DNA of 32,000 nucleotides from Deinococcus radiodurans R1 = ATCC 13939 = DSM 20539 (GTDB lineage: Bacteria > Deinococcota > Deinococci > Deinococcales > Deinococcaceae), in contig NC_001263.1 in the NCBI RefSeq assembly GCF_000008565.1, positions 1,892,727 through 1,924,726 of the forward strand, in the 5' to 3' direction. Positions 1 through 11,785 of this stretch are shown one piece after another. Numbering within the stretch: position 1 is the first letter of the stretch; the number at the start of each line of letters is the position of its first letter. A program made the position numbers and the translations under genes. The notes under the pieces were generated by a model that saw only the letters and a program-made list of their open reading frames with translations, was not told the origin of the DNA and made no database searches.

Positions 1-501
1 GTGACGCTCGAACAGGCCCCCGACGTGCTCGCGGCGATGCGGGAGGCCGGGCTGATGTATGTCGAGGAGCCGCTCCCCGCCCGCGACCTGCGCGCCCGCG
101 CTGCGCTGCACGCCGCCGGGGTGCTGCCCATCGTGGCCGACGACTCGTGCTTTACGCCCGCCGACTTAGAGCGCGAACTCGACTTCGACACCTTCGACGT
201 GCTCAACGTCAAAACCGCCCGCAACGGCTTTACCGACGGGCTCCAGATGCTGCGCCGCGCCGCCGAGCACGGCAAACGTGGCATGGTGGGCTCACAGGCG
301 AGCACCGGCCTCGGCACCCTGCACGCCGCGCTGCTCTCCACCCAGGCCGAAGTGACCGAGCCGTGCGAACTGAGTTTCGTGCTCAAGCTCGGCGACGACC
401 TGCTCAACCGGCCCATCGAGTTTCAGGACGGCTGGCTGAACGTGCCGGAGTTGCGCGAGCACCGACTGGACGAGGACAAGCTGGCGCGTTACCGCATCTA
501 A
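1..501 (+). CDS. Enolase-superfamily enzyme (mandelate racemase / muconate lactonizing / dipeptide-epimerase-like), C-terminal part; 5' end lies outside the window
   Basis: Open from base 1 to TAA at 499-501. YVEEPL, IVADDS and [10 protein letters not shown] segments have the spacing of the MR/MLE C-terminal barrel metal and acid-base residues. Confidence 0.7.
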   Translation: MTLEQAPDVLAAMREAGLMYVEEPLPARDLRARAALHAAGVLPIVADDSCFTPADLERELDFDTFDVLNVKTARNGFTDGLQMLRRAAEHGKRGMVGSQASTGLGTLHAALLSTQAEVTEPCELSFVLKLGDDLLNRPIEFQDGWLNVPELREHRLDEDKLARYRI

Positions 502-546
502 GCAAGCGAGAGGAGCATTGAGGGGCCTTCCCTCAGCCCTCCTCTA

Positions 547-768
547 TCACTCGTCGCTGATGTCCTCGGATTCCAGAATCGCCCGGTAGTCTTCCAGGCT
601 TTCGCCTTCGCCGAGGTCCTTGGCGATTTTTTCGATGGCGAGGCGCACGACCTCGCTTTTGCTGATCAGGCGTTCGGGACTTGACAGTTCGTAGGCGGTG
701 CGGGTGAGCAGGGCGTCCTGCTCCTCACTGATCACCACCTGCAAGCGTTTGCGTTCCTTTTTGGGCAT
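547..768 (-). CDS. Small ribbon-helix-helix (CopG/Arc-like) DNA-binding protein, 73 aa, acidic C-tail
   Basis: N-terminal basic strand KRLQVVISEEQ followed by two helices (DALLTRTAYEL / SKSEVVRLAIEKIAKDL). AGGAG lies just upstream of the ATG. GC3-rich. Confidence 0.6.
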   Translation of the reverse strand: MPKKERKRLQVVISEEQDALLTRTAYELSSPERLISKSEVVRLAIEKIAKDLGEGESLEDYRAILESEDISDE

Positions 769-908
769 CGCACTCCTGTTCCGCGGGCCGGCGCGGCATC
801 AGCGGGCAGAGTAACACGGGCTCTACTCAGCGGCAACACAGCCTCATGGTCCACATCAGGGGGATGATGTGTAGGGCTGCCCAGTAGAAATCGGCATCTC
901 GCAAACAA

Positions 909-923
909 TGTGTAAGTTACACA
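909..923. promoter_or_regulatory. Perfect 7-1-7 palindrome TGTGTAA-G-TTACACA in the divergent RHH / kinase-like promoter region; candidate operator
   Basis: Read directly from the sequence. It lies in the 212-bp divergent intergenic region, in a locally AT-richer patch. Confidence 0.35.
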
Positions 924-980
924 CGCAACGCCCCGGAAGCGCCGCCCGCGCCGGGAAGCGACTTCGTATACTGGGCCGCA

Positions 981-2894
981 ATGAAGTCCATCGGCCCCTA
1001 TGTGGTGTTGCGCGAAGTCGTGGTCGGCGAGGGGCGCGGCGCGGCGCCGGCAGCGGGTGAAAGTGCGCCGCGCCGCAGCACTGCACGTACCCTGTGGGCC
1101 GCCGACCGCCTGACCGGGCTGCCGGTGCTGCTCCACCCCCTGAGCGCCATCGCGCCCGCACCGCGCCTGCCCGCGCACCCGCGCCTGCTGCCTTTCACCG
1201 ACATGGTGGTGGAAATGGCCGGGGCGTACCTGGCGACCGAGCTGCCCCCGCAGACCCGCCCGGCCCGCGATCCCACCCAGGCGGCGCGGGGGGCACTGGA
1301 GGCTCTGACCTTCCTGCACAGTCAGGGCCTCGCGCACGGCTCGCTCGACGCGGCGCAACTGTGGGAGGTGGACGGCGAGGTGCGCGTGACCGGCGCCGGG
1401 CTGCCGCGCCCCGGCCTGCGCCCACAGCCGCTCGACGATCTGCGCGACCTGATCGCGGCGCTCGAAACGATAGACGCCCCGCCCGGCCTCCTAGCGGCCC
1501 TGCGCGGCGCGCCCGACCTTGCCAGCGCCCAGGAATTTCTCGACCTGCTCGACATGGGCCTCTCCGAGCAGCAACTCGCGGGCGCCCTGGCCCACGTGCC
1601 GGCCCTCAAAGCCGCGCAGGAACCGCCCCCCGCCATCTTCGACAGTCCCGACGACATCGTGCTGGGGGGCGCCCTCGCCGACGATGTGATGGGGGCGCCG
1701 CCCACTGTGGAAGCGGTGGAGCAGGAAATCACGTCGGTGCAAACGTTGCCGGAGAGTGAGGTGCCTGTCACCCCGGCCCCCCTGTCGCCGCAGGAAGTGG
1801 CTCTTGCCGCCGAGGAATCGGCCACTCAGGAAGCTGCCTCCGAAGTCGTGGTCATTGCGGCCCAGCCCAGCACTCTTGAAGTGAGCGAGATGCAGCGACG
1901 CCCGGCAAGTGAGAGTGCGATGGAAACGCCGCCTGAGCCGGCCCTGCCCACTGCGCTCTTTGGCGGGCTGAGTGAGCCCTCACCGGCGGAAGCCGCGCCC
2001 GCAGTGGAGACTGAATCTCTTGTATCCGAATCTGCGGCTCCGGCCCGGCCCCGTGCGGTGCGCCGGGCGGCGGGGCGACAGGCGCGGGACCGGCTCAAGG
2101 CCGACCACCGCCGCCGACTGGACCTCAGCGAGTTGCGGCTGCGGCGGACAGCGGCGGAGGTGGAGCAGTTGCAGACGCCCGCCGGGGCGCAGAGCACTGT
2201 CTCGGTTGCGGTGCCACCCGCTTCAGCAGAGGAGCACGGGGGCGCCTCGCCCCAGGAACGTCGGCGGCTGGAGCAGCAGGCGTGGGAAGAACAGGTGGCG
2301 CTCGACGCCCGGCTCGCGGCGGCCCGGCGTGCCCAGGCCCCGCGTGAGCGTCCGGCGAGCGTGCTGGTGCCTGGCGCGGCGCTGGGGGGCGAACTCGCCG
2401 AGATTGCCGAGGTGCAGCGCCGCCCCCGCCAGCGGCCCGCTGCCCGCGCGCAGGGCATGGTCCGCGCCGCGCGGCAGCTCGCGCCTATTCGCATGGGCTG
2501 GGGCCGCGACGGAGAACGGCAAGTGCTGCGGCAGCGCGGCCCGCGTGAGGAACTGCTGCGCTGGCTGCTGCCCACGCTGGGCGTGTTGCTGCTCGCCTTT
2601 GCCGTGAGCGCCGTGCCGCGTGCCCTGCGGAGCGCTGCGCCCGCGCCGTGCTGCGACGTGGCCTTTCAGCTTCTCGGCGCTGGAACGGGGCAGCGGGCTG
2701 ACCTGACCCTGCTCAGTGCCCCACCCGCCGCCGGCTGGCAACGCGGCGCCCGGCTGGGGCAGGCCCCCGGCACCCTGCACCTGCCCGCACCCGGCACCTA
2801 CCGCATCAAGGTGAGCGCCGCTGGATATGCCCCTGCGCGGGTGGACGTGACTGCGCCGCGCCATGAGCCGGTCACGGTGCAACTGGGCCGCTGA
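981..2894 (+). CDS. Membrane protein: degenerate Ser/Thr-kinase-like N-domain, long low-complexity linker, one TM helix, C-terminal PEGA-like domain (637 aa)
   Basis: [17 protein letters not shown] replaces the HRD loop and VTGAGL replaces DFG. TM segment [22 protein letters not shown]-terminal [27 protein letters not shown] is PEGA-like. TATACT lies 8 nt before the ATG. Confidence 0.6.
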   Translation: MKSIGPYVVLREVVVGEGRGAAPAAGESAPRRSTARTLWAADRLTGLPVLLHPLSAIAPAPRLPAHPRLLPFTDMVVEMAGAYLATELPPQTRPARDPTQAARGALEALTFLHSQGLAHGSLDAAQLWEVDGEVRVTGAGLPRPGLRPQPLDDLRDLIAALETIDAPPGLLAALRGAPDLASAQEFLDLLDMGLSEQQLAGALAHVPALKAAQEPPPAIFDSPDDIVLGGALADDVMGAPPTVEAVEQEITSVQTLPESEVPVTPAPLSPQEVALAAEESATQEAASEVVVIAAQPSTLEVSEMQRRPASESAMETPPEPALPTALFGGLSEPSPAEAAPAVETESLVSESAAPARPRAVRRAAGRQARDRLKADHRRRLDLSELRLRRTAAEVEQLQTPAGAQSTVSVAVPPASAEEHGGASPQERRRLEQQAWEEQVALDARLAAARRAQAPRERPASVLVPGAALGGELAEIAEVQRRPRQRPAARAQGMVRAARQLAPIRMGWGRDGERQVLRQRGPREELLRWLLPTLGVLLLAFAVSAVPRALRSAAPAPCCDVAFQLLGAGTGQRADLTLLSAPPAAGWQRGARLGQAPGTLHLPAPGTYRIKVSAAGYAPARVDVTAPRHEPVTVQLGR

Positions 2895-2934
2895 AGCGAG
2901 AGCACGCCCGGCCCCTTCCCGCCCAGCGCCGTGC

Positions 2935-2940
2935 CACAAT
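2935..2940 (+). promoter_or_regulatory. Putative -10 box (CACAAT), 7 nt before the guaA GTG; leaderless-type promoter
   Basis: The hexamer has A at position 2 and T at position 6. No Shine-Dalgarno sequence fits between it and the start. Confidence 0.35.
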
Positions 2941-2947
2941 CGGTTCC

Positions 2948-4468
<1,521 letters not shown>

Positions 4469-4511
4469 AGCTACGCCTTGCGTTCACGCCCCGCCCGACC
4501 AAGGGGGGGTT

Positions 4512-5180
4512 TTACTTGCTCTCCTTCGCCCCTTTCTCCACCCCGAACAGCCTGAGCCCCCACGCCATGCTCGGCCCGGCGAGCAGCGCGAAGACCAGGG
4601 TGCCCCACCCGAGCGGCCCACCGAGCGCCGTGCCCAGCGCGAGAACCATCAACTCGACCACCGTGCGAATGCGGGAGACCGGCCAGCCGTACACGCGGTT
4701 CAGCCCCAGCATCAGCCCGTCGCGCGGTCCGGCGCCCAGGCCCGCACCCACGTAGGCGCCGGTGGCGAGGCCGAGCAGCGTCAGCCCCAGCAGAAACTGC
4801 GCCCAGCGCCCGGCCAGCGCGGCGGGGGTGTGAATCAGCGGCGCGAAAGCGTCGAGAAAAACGCCGATGAGCAGCACGTTGAGCAGCGTGCCCACGCCCA
4901 ACCGCTCGCCCAGTTTCAGGCGGGTGTAGGCGAGCAGCACCAGCCCCACCAGAATGCTGACCTCGCCCACCCTCAGGCCGCTGCGTCCGCTCAGACCGAG
5001 GTGCAGAACCTCCCAGGGCGCCACGCCGACCTGCGCCGCGATCATCAGCCGCAGGCTCAGGCCGTAGCCGAGCAGTCCGGCAAGGAGGAGCAGTAGGCGG
5101 CCTGACCCACTCAAACGGGTGAGAGCAGCCAGCGGGGCCGGGCGTGACAACAATGGGGACACAGGCGCCGAGGCTAGCAC
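4512..5180 (-). CDS. YczE/YitT-like integral membrane protein
   Basis: 222 aa, multi-TM. The segment GVAPWEVLHLGLS....G..S...G and VGTLLNVLLIGVFLDAF resembles the YczE/YitT family. GTG start. Confidence 0.55.
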   Translation of the reverse strand: MLASAPVSPLLSRPAPLAALTRLSGSGRLLLLLAGLLGYGLSLRLMIAAQVGVAPWEVLHLGLSGRSGLRVGEVSILVGLVLLAYTRLKLGERLGVGTLLNVLLIGVFLDAFAPLIHTPAALAGRWAQFLLGLTLLGLATGAYVGAGLGAGPRDGLMLGLNRVYGWPVSRIRTVVELMVLALGTALGGPLGWGTLVFALLAGPSMAWGLRLFGVEKGAKESK

Positions 5181-5227
5181 CCGCAGGTCTACACTCGGGC
5201 GCGTGACTCAGAAGGCAGGCCCCCGCA

Positions 5228-5908
5228 GTGAAGCTTGAGCGCCCCTCCCCCGGCATCGGCATGACGACGCTGTACGCCAACGTCTACCTGCTGAGCACCC
5301 CGCAAGGCCGGCTGCTGCTCGACACCGGCACCGTGAACCACGCCCCCGCCTTTGCCCGCCTGCTGCGTTCGTTCGACCCGGATGCGGTGGTCGTCACGCA
5401 CAGCCACATCGACCACGCGGGGAATGCTTTTCTGGCGGCGCGGCTTGGCTACCCGGTGCTGGCGCATCCGCTGGAACATGACCGGTTGCTGGGGCATGAC
5501 CTGTCGATGCCTTACCCGGCGGGACAACCGGGCGTGGGGCGGCTGGTGTCGCGCCTGCATCCCCGACCCGGCGCGGAGCGGCTCGGCGCCCTGTACCCTG
5601 GCGACACGGTGCGCGGCTGGGAAGTCGTTCACCTGCCGGGCCACACCGACGGGCAAATCGGGCTGCAACGGGATGGCGTGCTGCTCGCCGCCGACGCGGT
5701 GCTGAGCCATCCCCGAACCGGGGCGCACCTGCCACGCGAGGGCTACAACTGGGACCACGCGGTGGCCTTGCAGACGCTGAAAAAGGTGGCCGACCTCGAC
5801 CTGCACACCGTGCTGCCGGGACACGGGCGGGCGCTGGACATGGCGCAGGTGCGGGCGCGGGCGGTGCGCGACGACGAGCCGGGAGACAGGGCGGAAGACG
5901 CAGCGTAG
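5228..5908 (+). CDS. MBL-fold metallo-hydrolase
   Basis: THSHIDHAGN (HxHxDH) motif plus downstream GHTDG and PGHG His ligands. GTG start; an alternative ATG at 5261 (MTTLY...) is possible. Confidence 0.85.
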   Translation: MKLERPSPGIGMTTLYANVYLLSTPQGRLLLDTGTVNHAPAFARLLRSFDPDAVVVTHSHIDHAGNAFLAARLGYPVLAHPLEHDRLLGHDLSMPYPAGQPGVGRLVSRLHPRPGAERLGALYPGDTVRGWEVVHLPGHTDGQIGLQRDGVLLAADAVLSHPRTGAHLPREGYNWDHAVALQTLKKVADLDLHTVLPGHGRALDMAQVRARAVRDDEPGDRAEDAA

Positions 5909-5959
5909 GAACTCTTTCACGTCCACTGCGCCATTTTCCGCGCTACTCTGCGCCCGTTC

Positions 5960-6667
5960 ATGTCACCGCCTCCCCCACCCCCCGCCTCGTCCGGCGCCGC
6001 CGTACTGCTGATGCTGACGCTGGGAGGACTCGTCGTGGTGGCCGCCGAACCGGAGTGGCGGGGCCTGACCGCGCCGCTGCTGGGGCTGCTGCTGGTCACG
6101 GTGCTGGTGCTGGCGAGTGGGGCCCGGCGGAGAGAGACGCCGCCCGTGCCCCCGGCCAGGGCAGTGGCTCCCAGAGCGGTTATGCCCCCCAGCCCACCAG
6201 TCCACCCCGCGAAAACCACAGCGCCCAGGCCAGCCGCGCCCGCGTCCAGAACGGCGCCCCAGAGTGCGGCCTTTGCCGACCTCAGCCCCCGCGAGTTCGA
6301 GTTAAAGGTGGCGGCGCTGCTCAGCGCGCTGCCCGGTTGGTACGCACAGGCCACACGGGGCAGCGCCGACCAGGGGGCCGACGTGCTCGCCAGCGGCCCC
6401 GGCGGGGTGCGGGTGGCGGTGCAGGTCAAGCGCTACCGCGCGGCGGTGGGCAACGGCGCCGTGCAGGAAATCGTGGCGAGCAAGGCGCTCTACGGCTGCG
6501 CGCACGCGGTGGTCGTGACCAGCGGGCCGGGCTATACCCGCGCGGCGCGGCAACTCGCCCAGGCGAACGGCGTGCGGCTGTGGCAGGCCCGCGAACTGAG
6601 CGAACTGCAACGCTGCGCCGAGCGCGGACTGCCGCCACCGCCGGGGCTGCTGCCCGGCCCGTCCTGA
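5960..6667 (+). CDS. Membrane-anchored restriction-endonuclease-like (Mrr_cat) domain protein
   Basis: Two N-terminal hydrophobic helices and a Pro-rich linker. Then FADLSPREFELKVAALL...GSADQGADVLA...VAVQVKRY...VVVTSGPGYTRAA, which matches the Mrr catalytic core D...(Q/E)xK. Confidence 0.7.
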   Translation: MSPPPPPPASSGAAVLLMLTLGGLVVVAAEPEWRGLTAPLLGLLLVTVLVLASGARRRETPPVPPARAVAPRAVMPPSPPVHPAKTTAPRPAAPASRTAPQSAAFADLSPREFELKVAALLSALPGWYAQATRGSADQGADVLASGPGGVRVAVQVKRYRAAVGNGAVQEIVASKALYGCAHAVVVTSGPGYTRAARQLAQANGVRLWQARELSELQRCAERGLPPPPGLLPGPS

Positions 6668-6720
6668 CCCGGCTGGCATGACCCTCTCCGCCTGAGCCGC
6701 ACCTCCCCCGCGCGGCGTGA

Positions 6721-8268
<1,548 letters not shown>

Positions 8269-8305
8269 GCCACGACGAGCCTCCAGAACTCAACAACAGC
8301 AACAA

Positions 8306-8342
8306 GGAACGCCTCCCCACGTGGGAAAGCGTTCTCTTTTTT
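8306..8342. terminator. Intrinsic terminator between convergent guaB and the YqhA-like gene
   Basis: Stem GAACGC..CCC / GGG..GCGTTC around a CACGTG centre, followed by TCTTTTTT on the + strand. Confidence 0.65.
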
Positions 8343-8357
8343 GTGCGCTGCCCGGCG

Positions 8358-9038
8358 TTACTCGGAGCCGCTTTCCGGCGAGACTTTGCCCTGCGACTTG
8401 GCATCGGTGGACTGCTCGGCGCGTTCTACGTCGCGTTCCTGAATCTCGCGGCCCTCGGTGTCGTGCTCGAACAGTTCACGCCGCGCCCGCAGTTTGGCCT
8501 CGGGCTGTTGCAAGTCGCTGCCCGAGCCCTTGTGGACGTTCTGAAACAGCACCAGCGAGCCGCCTGCCAGTGCCAGCGCGCCCGCGAAATACAGCGTCTC
8601 CAGCGGCTTTTCCCAGCGGATGAAGTGTTCCAGAAAGGTCACGCCCAGAATCACGATGATGACCGACACGACCTTCTGTTCGAGGTCCGAGAGGCTTTCG
8701 ACCCCGAGCGCCGAGGTCAGGTTGAGCGGCCTGATGAACAGCGAATACAGTCCAACCCCTATCAGGTAAAACACCACCGCCTTGAGCATGGTGCCGACCA
8801 CCTGCGAGAACTCGACGGTGAGGGTGTTCGCCTCGCTCTGAATGCCGTGGGCGAACATGTCGCGCCAGGTTTCGTAGACGGTGCTCAGGGCAATCAGGGT
8901 GCCCTGCAAAAAGAGGCTGAAGGCGACAAGTAACACGGCGATGACGGCAATAATCACGATGAAGCGGGTGCGTCCGATGAGTTCGCTGAACCACTCGCGT
9001 TTGGACGGCTCGCTGCCGGGAGACGGGGAAGCAGACAT
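8358..9038 (-). CDS. YqhA/UPF0114-like membrane protein with a charged C-terminal tail
   Basis: 226 aa with 3-4 TM segments. The topology and RFIVIIAVIAVLLVAF...KAVVFYLIGVGLYSLF pattern resemble UPF0114. TACGCT lies 7 nt before the ATG. Confidence 0.45.
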   Translation of the reverse strand: MSASPSPGSEPSKREWFSELIGRTRFIVIIAVIAVLLVAFSLFLQGTLIALSTVYETWRDMFAHGIQSEANTLTVEFSQVVGTMLKAVVFYLIGVGLYSLFIRPLNLTSALGVESLSDLEQKVVSVIIVILGVTFLEHFIRWEKPLETLYFAGALALAGGSLVLFQNVHKGSGSDLQQPEAKLRARRELFEHDTEGREIQERDVERAEQSTDAKSQGKVSPESGSE

Positions 9039-9151
9039 GCCTGTGAGCGTAAGCGCCCGCGCCCACCGGGGCGCACGCCGCGCTTTACCTGTTCTGCACG
9101 TTCGGGGAGGCGGACACGAAGCGCCGCGCCCGGCACGCCTATGCTGCCGGG

Positions 9152-9811
9152 GTGAAGTCGCTTCTCCGTGCGCCCCGCGAACCTGTCAACGCCTGGACCC
9201 ACTGGGCGGGGGCGGTGGCCGGAGCGCTGCTGCTGTGGCCGCTGCTCGCGTGGGCGGGGACGCACGGCGTGGCCCGCTGGCCCTTCGTCGTCTTCGACCT
9301 GAGTTTGGTGGCCCTTTACGCCGCGAGCGCTAGTTACCACTCCTTTTCACCGGGCGGCAATGGGGCGCTGTGGCTGCGGAAACTCGACCACGCCGCCATT
9401 TTTCTGCTGATTGCGGGAACGTACACGCCGGTCGCGTTTCTGGGGCTGGCTGAGCCGCAGCGCAGCCGGGTGCTGGCGCTCATCTGGGGCATTGCGCTGC
9501 TGGGCATCGGTCTGAAACTGTTCACCCTCAAAGTGCCGCGCTGGCTGAGCACCGCGCTGTACGTGGGCATGGGGTGGCTGGCGGTGGGCTTTTTGCCGCA
9601 GCTTTCGCGCCAGCTGCCGCACGCGGCCATCGTCTGGCTGGCCCTCGGCGGCGTGCTCTACACCCTGGGCGCCTTCGGCTACGCCACCAAGCGGCCCCGC
9701 ACCCCGCGCCGGCTGGGGGGGCTGGGCACCTGGGGCTTTCACGAACTGTGGCACCTCTTCGTGCTCGGCGGCAGCGCGGCGCACGTGGTGATGATGTTCA
9801 ATCTGCGCTGA
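9152..9811 (+). CDS. Hemolysin III / PAQR family membrane protein
   Basis: [17 protein letters not shown] and [15 protein letters not shown] motifs, 7 TM. GTG start preceded by TATGCT-N6. Confidence 0.9.
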   Translation: MKSLLRAPREPVNAWTHWAGAVAGALLLWPLLAWAGTHGVARWPFVVFDLSLVALYAASASYHSFSPGGNGALWLRKLDHAAIFLLIAGTYTPVAFLGLAEPQRSRVLALIWGIALLGIGLKLFTLKVPRWLSTALYVGMGWLAVGFLPQLSRQLPHAAIVWLALGGVLYTLGAFGYATKRPRTPRRLGGLGTWGFHELWHLFVLGGSAAHVVMMFNLR

Positions 9812-9814
9812 GGG

Positions 9815-9969
9815 TTATACGGCTTCCGCTCCATTCCAGCACAGTCGGAAAAGCGCCGCCTGCGCTTCCATACCGCAAAATCCGTATTTTTTTCTGCTCG
9901 CATCCGCTCTGCTGCGCAGCTTTGCAAGTCGGATTGAATCCAAAACTACTATATTCAATCGAAACCCGT
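9815..9969 (+). repeat. Deinococcus SNR-type (MITE-like) intergenic repeat, copy A
   Basis: Block-wise alignable to 30822-30950 (same orientation) and 12855-12992 (inverted): TTATACGG.TTC ... GAAAAGCGCC ... GCGCTTC ... CTCGC.TC.GCTC.G. Followed by an AT-rich hairpin GATTGAAT/ATTCAATC (9932-9960). Confidence 0.7.
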
Positions 9970-9970
9970 C

Positions 9971-10327
9971 TTACTCGCGCCGCCGCGTCGTCACCGCAAT
10001 CAGGGCGTCCCAGTCGTCGGGCTGCTGCGGGTCGTCGAGCGCGGCCTTGTTGCGGCCCGTAAAGCCGCATTTCTGGCAGCGGTGAACGAGAATCCAGCCC
10101 TTTTTGCCGCTCTGCTCGGCGCCCACCGGCTCCATCAGGCCGTGGCAATCGCAGGCGCGGTCGCCGGGCAGCACGTCCACGTGTTTGGAGTGCAGGCACA
10201 CCGGGCAGTGGTTGCGCACCGACCCGTTTTGCAGCGGCAGCACCTCGGCGCCGCAGTGGCCGCAGGTAAACGAGTTGTTGGTGCCCTGCACGGTAAAGCG
10301 CCGCCCGGTGGCAGGCAGGCCGCTCAT
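9971..10327 (-). CDS. RNHCP-domain zinc-ribbon protein (118 aa)
   Basis: Literal SVRNHCPVC motif. Four Cys pairs (CGHC, CPVC, CDC, CQKC). Its ATG overlaps the stop of the upstream gene (ATGA at 10324-10327). Confidence 0.8.
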   Translation of the reverse strand: MSGLPATGRRFTVQGTNNSFTCGHCGAEVLPLQNGSVRNHCPVCLHSKHVDVLPGDRACDCHGLMEPVGAEQSGKKGWILVHRCQKCGFTGRNKAALDDPQQPDDWDALIAVTTRRRE

Positions 10328-10752
10328 GCCCGTCCCCTCGCCGCCCAGCGGCTGTCCAGAAATGCCCGAATGGCCGGGTGCCCCACCAGCAGCAGCCCGC
10401 AGCCGATAAAGGCCAGCCCCGCCGCGCTGACCACCCAACCCTGCCAGCTCACCTGCCCGGCGAACATGCCCGCCATGAAGACGAACAGCCCCGCGACGAT
10501 GCTCAGGGCCACCGTCACCCGCCACGACCACACGCCGCCCTGCCAGACGCTCCGCAGCAGCACGCCGGTCCCGAGGGCGTAGATCAGTTGCCGGGGCACC
10601 ATGCTCGCCTGTCCCTGCACCAGCGCGGCGATGCCCGGCATCACGGTCAGGGTCAGCAGGCCGAGCAAAGTGGCGAAGGTGTACAGGCGACCGACCTCGG
10701 CCAGCTCGGGGTCGAAAGCGGGGTTGGAAGGCGGCGCACTCACGCCGGTCAT
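10324..10752 (-). CDS. Small 4-TM membrane protein, translationally coupled to the RNHCP gene
   Basis: 142 aa with four hydrophobic segments, GC3-rich. Its stop codon overlaps the RNHCP start. Confidence 0.6.
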   Translation of the reverse strand: MTGVSAPPSNPAFDPELAEVGRLYTFATLLGLLTLTVMPGIAALVQGQASMVPRQLIYALGTGVLLRSVWQGGVWSWRVTVALSIVAGLFVFMAGMFAGQVSWQGWVVSAAGLAFIGCGLLLVGHPAIRAFLDSRWAARGRA

Positions 10753-10817
10753 TTGAGCACGGCGCAGGGAAAAGAAGTGTGCTGCGCGGCGGGGCGCCAG
10801 CGGTCAGAATGAATGCC

Positions 10818-11459
<642 letters not shown>

Positions 11460-11470
11460 GGCGGCGTTTG

Positions 11471-11541
11471 GGCTGGTCTGGGAGCCCCCTCACCCCTTTG
11501 CTCCGCAAAGGCCCTCTCCCGCAAGGGGAGAGGGTCAAAAA
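11471..11541 (+). repeat. Double-hairpin 3'-of-gene repeat, copy E1
   Basis: CTGGTCTGG..GCCCCCTCACCCC, then hairpin 1 CCTTTGC-tcc-GCAAAGG, then hairpin 2 CCCTCTCCC-gcaag-GGGAGAGGG, then TCAAAA. Near-identical to 23028-23096. Confidence 0.8.
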
Positions 11542-11703
11542 GATGCTTCACACAAAAAATCGTGAAACGCAGAACGCCAGGGCCGTCGGGCGCGTCAGCG
11601 CACGGGCCTCGCGTCCGCAGAAATCACGCGCGTCCAGGCTACCCGTGCAATCGAGAAACGCCGCCCAGTAAGCGCCATCACCGCCATTTGCCCAGTGCCA
11701 ACG

Positions 11704-11749
11704 TCAACTCCCCTTGCCCCTTTGGGGTAAGGGGCTGGGGGATGGGGCC
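11704..11749 (-). repeat. Degenerate or internally deleted copy (E4) of the same repeat, inverted
   Basis: CTCCCCTTGC...AAGGGGCTGGGGGA matches the ends of the reverse-complemented E element. It lies 36 nt 3' of the LacI-family stop, in that gene's orientation. Confidence 0.4.
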
Positions 11750-11785
11750 AAACGCTAAAGCCGAAGCCTCAACCTTCAAGCTCCA

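Noticed and set aside
502-546. Search for a toxin or partner ORF next to the RHH gene
   Set aside because: Only 45 nt separate it from the neighbouring gene end. No small ORF with coding signal exists on either side.
909-923. Possibility that TGTGTAAGTTACACA is a second RDRM/DdrO site
   Set aside because: Half-sites (TGTGTAA) and spacing (7-1-7) do not fit the TTAYGT-N5-ACRTAA layout. Kept only as a generic operator candidate.
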